Below, in pieces: positions 30,354-37,628 of a stretch of 64,000 nt of DNA; the first letter of the stretch is position 1, and each line of letters starts with the position of its first letter. The stretch is from NCBI GenBank assembly GCA_963713445.1, contig CAVQMB010000024.1, positions 26,985 through 90,984 of the forward strand, in the 5' to 3' direction. The translations under genes and the position numbers were made by a program. Source of the stretch: an uncultured Gammaproteobacteria bacterium (GTDB taxonomy: Bacteria; Pseudomonadota; Gammaproteobacteria; Competibacterales; Competibacteraceae). Below the pieces are notes generated by a model. It had not been told where the DNA came from, did no database searches, and was given only the letters and a program-made list of their open reading frames with translations.

Positions 30354-31040
30354 TCAGTAATACGAAAGGTTATTGATCTTGAAGTTGTAAAGCTGGCGTG
30401 CCGAACCATAACGCCGGAACTCCCGCGGGTCGGCATCAATCGCGGCACGCTCGAGCAGATCCCGTAGGGTCGCCAGGTGTTCGTCGCCCATGGGCTTTTC
30501 GATGCAGTCGGCCCCCAGGCTTTCCACGTTACCGCGCACGAACAGCTTGGCCTCGTACAGGGAGTCGCCAAAATGGGCGCCCGCATCGCCGCACACGACG
30601 AGGTGGCCGGCCTGCGCCATAAAGGCCGACATGTGTCCCACCGAGCCACCCACAACGATATCTATGCCCTTCATCGAAATGCCACAGCGTGCACTGGCAT
30701 CTCCCTTGATCACCAGCAACCCCCCATTGCCGGTGGCACCGGCCGACTGGCTGGCATAACCCGCAACCCTAACGGTCCCGGACATCATGTTTTCAGCAAC
30801 GCCGACGCCCGCATTGCCATCGATGGTGACCGTAGCCTGTTTGTTCATACCGGCACAGTAATAGCCGACATGGCCTCTCACCCGGACGCTCAACGGCGCA
30901 TCCAGGCCACACGCAATCGCGTGGCGACCCTTGGGGTTAAGGATTTCAAACTGCGTCTCGTCGGGGTTGCCCTCACGACCCTGCAGACGCCTATTCAGCG
31001 TGCGCAGATCCACCTCATCCAGATTCACCGTCGCCATCAT
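30354..31040 (-). CDS. mgsB: N-methylglutamate synthase subunit B (GXGXG-repeat, GltB C-terminal-domain-like)
   Basis: Start at ATG 31040 in a TGATG junction with the mgsA stop; ATG 31055 is an alternative. Repeated G.(A/V)G..(G/A) beta-helix motifs (GNAGVGVAENM, GDASARCGISM, GSVGHMSAFM, GDAGAHFGDSL). Confidence 0.75.
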   Translation of the reverse strand: MMATVNLDEVDLRTLNRRLQGREGNPDETQFEILNPKGRHAIACGLDAPLSVRVRGHVGYYCAGMNKQATVTIDGNAGVGVAENMMSGTVRVAGYASQSAGATGNGGLLVIKGDASARCGISMKGIDIVVGGSVGHMSAFMAQAGHLVVCGDAGAHFGDSLYEAKLFVRGNVESLGADCIEKPMGDEHLATLRDLLERAAIDADPREFRRYGSARQLYNFKINNLSYY

Positions 31041-31939
31041 CAGGCCCTGCCCCAACTGTAAACCGTCGCTGGCTTCGGCTCCCAGACCTGGGCATGCTCC
31101 GCACCTGGCAGACGGGCGATGGCACGATATTCAGTGCTCATCGCGACCCAGTCATCGGTTTCCGCCATGATGGCATGCTTGCATGCGATCGGATCGCGTA
31201 CTACCGCAAAGCCATCGCTAGTGCCAACCGCAAACGTAAAAAAGCCGTCCAGATCCACGAGGCAGGCCTCCAGCGCCTCTTTCAGCGATGCCCCTTCACG
31301 CAGACGCCAAGTCAGGTAAGCCGCCGCGACCTCAGAATCGTTCTCGGTTTGAAACCGCAGGCCAGCGTTGTGACTCAACCAGTCGCGCCAGAGATGATGG
31401 TTCGACAACGAACCGTTATGCACCAGACACAAGTCATCACCACTATTGAACGGATGAGCCCCTTCAGTCGTAACCGCACTCTCAGTGGCCATGCGGGTGT
31501 GTCCAACCGCATGTGACCCGGTCATACTGGCAATGCCGAACTCTTCCAGCACATGCCGGGGTAATCCCACTTCCTTGAAGATTTCGAGCGTGTGCCCGGA
31601 ACTCATGACGCGGATCTCTGGATGACGTCGTTCAAGCCAGCCGCGCAAATCAGTATCCGGCTCATCGACAGTCAGGATCGCGTGGGTCGCGATGTGCTTG
31701 AGCTGAAGCCGCACACCCAGGTCGGTTTCGGCCTCCTCGACGATGCGGTCCCAATCGAAGTGCCGGTTACCATGGTATGCCACCACTTTTGCGCCGACAG
31801 CCTGATCCTCGCGGTAAACGGCGATGCCCGCGCTGTCCGGACCACGTTCTGTCATCTCGATCAGCATGGGACAGAACAGCTTGCCGAGCTGCCCCTGCAG
31901 ATCCGGATTCTTCAGGTACAGACCTACGATTCCGCACAT
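31040..31939 (-). CDS. mgsA: N-methylglutamate synthase subunit A (class-II/Ntn glutamine amidotransferase-like)
   Basis: Start moved to MCGIVGLYLK (ATG 31939), placing the catalytic Cys at position 2. GGAGGAG SD upstream. Confidence 0.8.
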   Translation of the reverse strand: MCGIVGLYLKNPDLQGQLGKLFCPMLIEMTERGPDSAGIAVYREDQAVGAKVVAYHGNRHFDWDRIVEEAETDLGVRLQLKHIATHAILTVDEPDTDLRGWLERRHPEIRVMSSGHTLEIFKEVGLPRHVLEEFGIASMTGSHAVGHTRMATESAVTTEGAHPFNSGDDLCLVHNGSLSNHHLWRDWLSHNAGLRFQTENDSEVAAAYLTWRLREGASLKEALEACLVDLDGFFTFAVGTSDGFAVVRDPIACKHAIMAETDDWVAMSTEYRAIARLPGAEHAQVWEPKPATVYSWGRA

Positions 31940-31998
31940 AACCCCAATACTCCTCCACTGCACACAGGCGTTCAGTAAAACCGCCACGGTTGAGACTC

Positions 31999-32011
31999 GG
32001 TAAACTTTACC
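31999..32011. promoter_or_regulatory. 13-bp perfect palindrome upstream of mgsA (candidate operator)
   Basis: GGTAAA-C-TTTACC lies 60-72 nt upstream of the mgsA ATG, in the gap after the XRE-cupin regulator gene. Confidence 0.35.
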
Positions 32012-32053
32012 TCAATGCATATTAATTTCATAGAGGGATTATTTAACGAGGTT

Positions 32054-32704
32054 TCATTCCTCAGCTTCTGAGCGGGGATAGACGATAATCGACAGATAGC
32101 GCGACGGTAGTCGCACGAGTTCCAGAGGTCCGTGCGTGGCGATTGCGTCAAAAAACAGGGAGTCGCCAGGACCGATATGAAAAGTCCTGTCGCCGTGGCG
32201 ATAGATCAGCTCCCCTTCCAACATGTAGATGAACTCCACCCCTTCATGTTGGAAATCGCCGAACGGCTCAGAGCCCTCGGTAAGCGTGATCATATAGGGC
32301 TCGACCGCAACCGGGCCGCGCACCCCGTGCCCCAGAAGCTCATAGATGTGACCTGCGCGCGTACCCCGGCGATCGATTTCCAGACCTTCGCCAGCCGGCA
32401 CATAACAAACATCGCGGCTCGCGTCGAGACGTGCGAACAGCGCCGACAGCGAGATCCCCAGTGCATCAGCCAACGCGGCCAGAGTTGAAAGTGACGGTGA
32501 GGCATGACCGTTCTCGATTTTGGACATCATGCCCTGGGACAGATTGGCCCGTTGCGCCAGCGCCAGCACGGTCATGTTGGCATTGCGCCGATGCTTGCGT
32601 ATTTCCGCGCCGATGTATTTTTCCAGGTCGCGCCGTACCGGGCCTGCTGTGGTATCCGGTATCAGGCCAAGCGATTCGGCATCCTGCGATCTGCGATACG
32701 CCAT
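32054..32704 (-). CDS. XRE-family HTH transcriptional regulator with C-terminal cupin domain
   Basis: Start at MAYRRSQ (ATG 32704, GGGAGG SD). HTH segment MTVLALAQRANLSQGMMSKIENGHASPSLSTLAALADALGISL. Cupin segment GVEFIYMLEGELIYRHGD. Confidence 0.85.
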   Translation of the reverse strand: MAYRRSQDAESLGLIPDTTAGPVRRDLEKYIGAEIRKHRRNANMTVLALAQRANLSQGMMSKIENGHASPSLSTLAALADALGISLSALFARLDASRDVCYVPAGEGLEIDRRGTRAGHIYELLGHGVRGPVAVEPYMITLTEGSEPFGDFQHEGVEFIYMLEGELIYRHGDRTFHIGPGDSLFFDAIATHGPLELVRLPSRYLSIIVYPRSEAEE

Positions 32705-32848
32705 AGTAGAGCCTCCCAAGGGCAAGGGGCGACGCCGCCGCACCATTGCTCCCCGGATCCTCCACCTACATCAATGCCAGGCGATTGTTATAGCGGTGGT
32801 GTCCCGGTCCCGGCCGATCGAAAGCCCAAGCACTCAAAAGTGCCCCAA

Positions 32849-33205
32849 TCACGCATCATGTCGGGCACTGGCAGCGGCGTCGCGACGATAGTATTCCCAA
32901 CGATACCGGGCAACCCGGTAAGCATCCATGAATGAAACGAAATATACAAACCAGCCGCCCGCATAACGCGCGAGAAGGCTCTGATCAGCGTCCGCAAAAT
33001 GGGACGTCACGATACCCAGAAGAATAATGTAAAACAGCATAATCAAACCACGGGTCGGTTGACCGTTCACGACCTGGCCAGCGCCCGGCAGCAATATACC
33101 GGCGGCCAGCACCAGGACCGGATGCCAGGGGCGGCGGACACTAGGCTGAAGGCGGTTAGGCTGGGGCAGCACCATCACGCGCCTCCTGCTCCAGATCGTG
33201 CGCAA
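32849..33205 (-). CDS. small membrane protein, unknown function
   Basis: 118 aa in the track. LLPGAGQVVNGQPTRG is followed by TM helices. The start is uncertain: it overlaps the upstream ORF by 20-50 nt. Confidence 0.45.
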   Translation of the reverse strand: MRTIWSRRRVMVLPQPNRLQPSVRRPWHPVLVLAAGILLPGAGQVVNGQPTRGLIMLFYIILLGIVTSHFADADQSLLARYAGGWFVYFVSFMDAYRVARYRWEYYRRDAAASARHDA

Positions 33206-33845
33206 GCTCGATCAACCGGTCGAGCAATCGTCGGGCGAGCTCAGCTGGTACGGTAATCTCATCAAACAGCACGCCGCGCACGATGCGGTAACGCAGTTTG
33301 TCGGCCTGACACAGTTGGTAGACAAAGCGGATCCCCCGTGGCGTCACTAGCAACTCCTTGGTCCTGAGATCGACAAAATCCGCGATATAGGGCGCCAGTC
33401 GCTCGACCGGCGGCATCGCTGCCGGTTCATCGGTGCGCAGCCACGCATGCTGAGGCCAGCCTGACGGTATCTCGATCGAATAGGGCAGTTGCCCGGAGGG
33501 TGAGTAGTACTCCAGGTTTTCCGGCCGCATCAGAAAATCGAACACACCGCGCCAGGGCAGCGCATGCTTGACCGTGACCAGGAGCCAGAGAGACGGGATC
33601 TTTCGATACCCGAGGTGATCGTCGAGCGGTCGCAGACGTACCTGGTAGCCGTGATAAGTGCCCTCGAGCGACGGAAAATCAAGGTTCTGCTGGTTGAGCC
33701 GAGACTCCGTCAGCAACGGCATGACCTCGTCGAACATGGCCCGCCGGCGGCGGCGTACGGCACGGTTGTGCTGACGCTGAAAATGCCACATTAGCACGGC
33801 TGCAAGAACCGTAATTGTCAGAACAGCAATTAATCGGGTCGACAT
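33156..33845 (-). CDS. hypothetical protein with a single N-terminal TM anchor
   Basis: 229-aa ORF with coding-like composition. I recognise no family. Confidence 0.55.
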   Translation of the reverse strand: MSTRLIAVLTITVLAAVLMWHFQRQHNRAVRRRRRAMFDEVMPLLTESRLNQQNLDFPSLEGTYHGYQVRLRPLDDHLGYRKIPSLWLLVTVKHALPWRGVFDFLMRPENLEYYSPSGQLPYSIEIPSGWPQHAWLRTDEPAAMPPVERLAPYIADFVDLRTKELLVTPRGIRFVYQLCQADKLRYRIVRGVLFDEITVPAELARRLLDRLIELAHDLEQEARDGAAPA

Positions 33846-33909
33846 CGATCCCTCTGGGAAAATCGGGTGCTTCCGGCCTGGCTGTCCCAGGACGGAAGCA
33901 CCCAGCCGG

Positions 33910-34335
33910 TCAATGCACTATCGTCACGGCACAATGCGCTTTCTCGGCAACGCCATAGGCCACGGAGCCAATCCGCGATGTAGCGCTGCGGCCAGTGTGG
34001 CCGACCACGATATGATCGAAACCATGCTCACTGGCATAGTCCACGATCGCACCACCAATGTCCCGCGCGTTGACAGTGACACAGGTGACATCACCCAATC
34101 CGGCCTCCTCGGCTCGCTTACGCGCCGCTGCCAGTTCCATCCGATCCTGGGCCATGACGGCACCGAGAATCTTGGAATCCCAGAAGCGCTGCTTGGTCGC
34201 CTGCTCGGTATTAACACGTTCTACGGTCAGGAAACAGATCGGGACACCAAGCTGTTTGGCGAAATCCACCGCAAATTCCACCGCCCCTTCCGAGGCGTGC
34301 GAACCGTCAGCTGCACACAGAATTTTCGACACCAT
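33910..34335 (-). CDS. universal stress protein (UspA family)
   Basis: 141 aa. ILCAADGSHASEGAVEFA and C-terminal IVVGHTGRSATSRIGSVAYGV motifs. Confidence 0.85.
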   Translation of the reverse strand: MVSKILCAADGSHASEGAVEFAVDFAKQLGVPICFLTVERVNTEQATKQRFWDSKILGAVMAQDRMELAAARKRAEEAGLGDVTCVTVNARDIGGAIVDYASEHGFDHIVVGHTGRSATSRIGSVAYGVAEKAHCAVTIVH

Positions 34336-34350
34336 CGTGCAATCCCTCCC

Positions 34351-35760
34351 CTAGTAGCCCTCAGGCCTTGGCCATGGCATCGTGAACTGCGATCCACGTT
34401 CCACGAACTTGTAACGGCGAAAATGAAACCAGACCGAGATGATGATGTAGAAAGCCATAGTAGCCAGTAGCGTACTGCCATAGCCCAGAAACGTGGCAAA
34501 GTATGTCATGACGCACAATATGAATAACGTGATCGCCGGTAACGGGTGAAACGGATGCACGTAGCCACGGTCAATGCTTCCGAGCGGCCATTGCCGGCGG
34601 AACTTGACCATGTTGATAGTCATGAATGTATATCCGAGCAGCCCCGACAGGATGGAAAATGTAATAACCTGATCCAGCAGACCCGTGAAGCCGAATGACA
34701 CCGCAACCGGAATCAAAAACACAATAGACCGGAAAGGCGTGCGATAGCGCGGATGCACGGCGCCAAACACGCGTGGCAGATAACCGTCGCGCCCCAGCGA
34801 GAACCATGCCCGCGCGGCATCGTTGATGGTACCGTTGGCTGACGCGAGAGCGGAAAACGCAGTCCCCACAAACAGGAACGCTGTCACCGCCGGGATGCCA
34901 AGGACCCGTGCACTGTCATACAGTGGCACGCTGGCCTGTCCCAGATACTGCCACGGTAGCACACCACTTGCCACATACCAGGTTAGAGTCGCGGCTATCA
35001 ACAGCGTGATCATTCCGGTCATCGTGCCCAGCGGCAGCGAACGCCGCGTCGATCGGGTTTCCTCCGCCGCCTGCGTGGTCCCCTCGATACCCAGGTAATA
35101 CCACATACCAAACTGCAGCGCGGCGATTACACCGATCCAACCATAGGGCAAACCGACCAGCAGTTCCTTATGATGCATCACCTTGCCCAAGCTCCAGGGC
35201 TCAGCAACAAAGAACAATACGATGATCGATACGAACGCGATAAATGTAATGACGAAATTCACGTTCAGCGTTATGGCGACACCACGGTAGTTCAGAAACG
35301 CCAAGACGCTGATGGCCAACACCACGAACGGCTTGGGATCAAGCCCTGGGTGGCCCGTCTGGGCTGCCACCTGATGCATAAGGTCGCCGACCACCAGTGC
35401 ATCGGCGGCCTCCAGCATGGTATAGGCAAGCACGAGATAAAGCGCCACGTTGAACGCCATCAACGGGCCGATGATGTGCTTGGCCTGGGCATACTGGCCA
35501 CCGGCCGCAGCAACCGTCGATGTCACCTCGGAATCGACCATCGCCACGCAGGTGTATAACAAACCAATAAACCAGCACGCTATCAGCGACGCCTCCGGCC
35601 CCCCCTTGCCCACGGTGAAATTCCAGCCCATGAATTCACCAACAAGGACGATACCGACACCGAGCGCCCAGACGTGTACCGGCCCCAGCACCTTAAGAAG
35701 CTGAAGGCTACCCTCTTGTCGCTCCCCAGCACCTCCATCTTCGGTCGCTCCGTTAGCCAT
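34351..35760 (-). CDS. APC-superfamily permease, ethanolamine-permease (Eat)-like
   Basis: Start taken at MANGATEDGG (ATG 35760), which overlaps the stop of the upstream 55-aa ORF (ATGGCTAA). About 12 TM segments. GPVHVWALGVGIVLVGEFMGWNF is an APC-type N-terminus. Confidence 0.8.
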   Translation of the reverse strand: MANGATEDGGAGERQEGSLQLLKVLGPVHVWALGVGIVLVGEFMGWNFTVGKGGPEASLIACWFIGLLYTCVAMVDSEVTSTVAAAGGQYAQAKHIIGPLMAFNVALYLVLAYTMLEAADALVVGDLMHQVAAQTGHPGLDPKPFVVLAISVLAFLNYRGVAITLNVNFVITFIAFVSIIVLFFVAEPWSLGKVMHHKELLVGLPYGWIGVIAALQFGMWYYLGIEGTTQAAEETRSTRRSLPLGTMTGMITLLIAATLTWYVASGVLPWQYLGQASVPLYDSARVLGIPAVTAFLFVGTAFSALASANGTINDAARAWFSLGRDGYLPRVFGAVHPRYRTPFRSIVFLIPVAVSFGFTGLLDQVITFSILSGLLGYTFMTINMVKFRRQWPLGSIDRGYVHPFHPLPAITLFILCVMTYFATFLGYGSTLLATMAFYIIISVWFHFRRYKFVERGSQFTMPWPRPEGY

Positions 35761-35920
35761 TGTTGACATCCTCCACCAGGAGGTCTTCACCTTCCCGGGA
35801 ACTCAGGAGGTATGCTTCAGAATACTCAGAACTGACCTTGAACATGTCGACCACCATCCACAGCAGCAGAACCGCCGACACGATCCAGGCCCCATAACTC
35901 AGAACGTTCCAGAAATCCAT
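35753..35920 (-). CDS. 55-aa single-TM protein (not in the ORF track), translationally coupled to the permease
   Basis: My own translation gives MDFWNVLSYGAWIVSAVLLLWMVVDMFKVSSEYSEAYLLSSREGEDLLVEDVNNG-stop. AAGGGGG SD lies 7 nt upstream. Its stop overlaps the permease ATG. Confidence 0.55.
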   Translation of the reverse strand: MDFWNVLSYGAWIVSAVLLLWMVVDMFKVSSEYSEAYLLSSREGEDLLVEDVNNG

Positions 35921-35969
35921 GGTTAAGCCCCCTTAGTGATTTAACTCATCGATAGGCCCAAGATGGGCG

Positions 35970-36356
35970 TCACCGTCGATCACCAAACGCCTCATTGATG
36001 ACCTCCTTGTATTCCTTGTCGGACATTCTGAGCAGGATGACGAAATACCCCACAATCACAATTGCCGTGATAATTAGTGATATCCAGCTGAAATCGTAGT
36101 TGAACCGGGTATTAATCAATTTCCCCGCTTCCTGGGCGTCATAACCGAGCTTATGCCATTGCTCTTGCATAACGGGATTTTGGTGGAGTGACTGCCACGT
36201 GGGGTTTGACTTGGCGTCGGGTACCGTGTAGGTGTTGGCCCCACCACCCAACAACAACGGCAGCAAGAGACATATGTAGACCAACGCAAGCACAAAGATG
36301 CAGTCCACGGCCTGCCCCCACCCACCCTGTTTTGGGGCGATATATTTTTTGACCAT
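35970..36356 (-). CDS. 128-aa two-TM membrane protein with a periplasmic-type loop, unknown function
   Basis: The ORF has a strong SD (TAGGAGGAGATA-ATG), TM helices at about residues 18-40 and 95-115, and coding-like composition. Confidence 0.6.
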   Translation of the reverse strand: MVKKYIAPKQGGWGQAVDCIFVLALVYICLLLPLLLGGGANTYTVPDAKSNPTWQSLHQNPVMQEQWHKLGYDAQEAGKLINTRFNYDFSWISLIITAIVIVGYFVILLRMSDKEYKEVINEAFGDRR

Positions 36357-36389
36357 TATCTCCTCCTAGTTGTGATTCACAGTGGGCTG

Positions 36390-36701
36390 TCAGTGATCGA
36401 AAGCACCGTCGCGATGCCGACCCTTCCTCGCTCGTTTTTCATCCAGATGCCTTATATCCGGCTCGTAGACCCTGCGCTTGTGCTGGCGATACTGGCTCAG
36501 CATGGCGGTGATCGATCCGGTGTTATAGATGAGAACCAGGCCGCCGCCGATAAATAGCGCGAGCACCGCATCAAAATCGATCATCGTCCTGATCGTAAGG
36601 AAGGTGAAGAGATAAACGATCCAGAGTACGACGACGAACCCGATACCCCAGATCTTGTCGCGCGCATACATTGCATCCATACGGTCCTCGAGAGAAGTCA
36701 T
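36390..36701 (-). CDS. 103-aa two-TM membrane protein, basic C-terminal tail, unknown function
   Basis: The ORF has a strong SD (TTAAGGAGGTGCGTCC-ATG). It is the first gene in the co-directional run ending at mgdD. Confidence 0.6.
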   Translation of the reverse strand: MTSLEDRMDAMYARDKIWGIGFVVVLWIVYLFTFLTIRTMIDFDAVLALFIGGGLVLIYNTGSITAMLSQYRQHKRRVYEPDIRHLDEKRARKGRHRDGAFDH

Positions 36702-36834
36702 GGACGCACCTCCTTAAGGTTGGATTATCGTGAGCCGGCCGTGCCATCCTGGCGAACGACCGTCCGCATCTACCATCGGTGCCGCACGTGCAGCCCGACG
36801 CATTCTGCACTGCCGGGGCATCCTTCGAAGAAAC

Positions 36835-36871
36835 ACATTGGCAATGTCGAAGAACATGCACCCCAGTGCAT
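36835..36871. promoter_or_regulatory. two palindromes in the leader/promoter region of the membrane-protein/permease module
   Basis: ACATTG-G-CAATGT (36835-36847) is flanked by direct TCGAAGAA(A)C repeats. ATGCAC-CCCA-GTGCAT follows at 36856-36871. A TTGACG -35-like hexamer on the minus strand lies at 36902-36907. Confidence 0.3.
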
Positions 36872-36975
36872 ATTACTTTCCTACAATGACTAACAGGCCC
36901 ACGTCAAGAAAAAACGGCAGAACACTCCAAAACAGCCGTCGATAGTTTTAGAGAAACAATCAAAAATCACTCCGG

Positions 36976-37070
36976 ATAATCTAATATTTCTTTTAATTTC
37001 AAAGATATATATTTATATATATTTATATTTTAATAATATATATTTCTAAGTAATCAAAAACATTAGAACA
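36976..37070. other. extreme AT-rich low-complexity tract
   Basis: By my count about 10 G/C in 95 nt, within a genome that is otherwise >60% GC. It contains (TATATATTTA)x2 and TAATAATATATATTT. Confidence 0.9.
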
Positions 37071-37208
37071 TCGCTATCGCACCTAGCACCATTGGCCATG
37101 CCGAGCGCCTCGACCAATACTTCAAGCGCGGTGAGGATCAGCCGAGTTTCGCATGGTAATTGCTGAGGTGGGCGTATCACGCAGGGCGAGCGTAATCTCA
37201 TTAGAAGT

Positions 37209-37287
37209 AAAAATGCCGGGGCTGAAGAGCCCCGGCAAATAACCACCAAAGGAGGAGTTTGGAGGAGAAACATCCAGCAGGATGTTG
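37209..37287 (-). ncRNA. candidate small RNA, copy 1 of 3 (anti-SD-core sRNA)
   Basis: RNA sense: AACAUCC-UGCU-GGAUGUU hairpin, then UCUCCUCCAAACUCCUCCUUUGGUGGUUAUUU, then terminator GCCGGGG-CUCUUCAG-CCCCGGC-AUUUUU. The 5' end is inferred about 7 nt after the -10 hexamer. Confidence 0.75.
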
Positions 37288-37293
37288 CGTTGC

Positions 37294-37322
37294 AGTATAT
37301 GTCCTATGTTGCGCTGCGTCAA
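37294..37322 (-). promoter_or_regulatory. sigma70-type promoter of sRNA copy 1
   Basis: Minus strand: TTGACG (37322-37317), a 17-nt spacer, then TATACT (37299-37294). Confidence 0.75.
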
Positions 37323-37373
37323 TAGCGGCTGGAAGGCTTTCCGTCGGGAGAACACTTTTTGACACGCGCACAT

Positions 37374-37454
37374 AAAAATGCCGGGGCTGAGGAGCCCCGG
37401 CAAATAACCACCAAAGGAGGAGTTTGGAGGGAACACTCGAAACCTCGAATGTTG
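37374..37454 (-). ncRNA. candidate small RNA, copy 2 of 3
   Basis: RNA sense: AACAUUCG-AGGUUU-CGAGUGUU hairpin, then CCCUCCAAACUCCUCCUUUGGUGGUUAUUU, then terminator GCCGGGG-CUCCUCAG-CCCCGGC-AUUUUU. Confidence 0.75.
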
Positions 37455-37460
37455 AGAAGC

Positions 37461-37489
37461 ATTCTAGTCAGGATGCTGCAACGCGTCAA
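37461..37489 (-). promoter_or_regulatory. sigma70-type promoter of sRNA copy 2
   Basis: Minus strand: TTGACG (37489-37484), a 17-nt spacer, then TAGAAT (37466-37461). Confidence 0.75.
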
Positions 37490-37543
37490 CCGATCTAGAG
37501 CGATTCTAAACAATCGGTAATCTGGTAGAAGATTTCAAACAAT

Positions 37544-37622
37544 AAAAAGCCGGGACAGAGAGTCCCGGCAATAAACCACCAAAGGAGGAGTTTGGAGGAG
37601 AAACATCCTACATCGGATGTTG
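37544..37622 (-). ncRNA. candidate small RNA, copy 3 of 3
   Basis: RNA sense: AACAUCC-GAUGUA-GGAUGUU hairpin, then UCUCCUCCAAACUCCUCCUUUGGUGGUUUAUU, then terminator GCCGGGA-CUCUCUG-UCCCGGC-UUUUU. Confidence 0.75.
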
Positions 37623-37628
37623 CAACGC

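Noticed and set aside
37241-37270. Plus-strand reading as a CsrB/RsmY-like GGA-motif sponge RNA
   Set aside because: On the plus strand the GC hairpin precedes the GGA motifs and is not followed by a U-run, and no plus-strand promoter is visible. On the minus strand promoter, hairpins and terminator are all correctly ordered.
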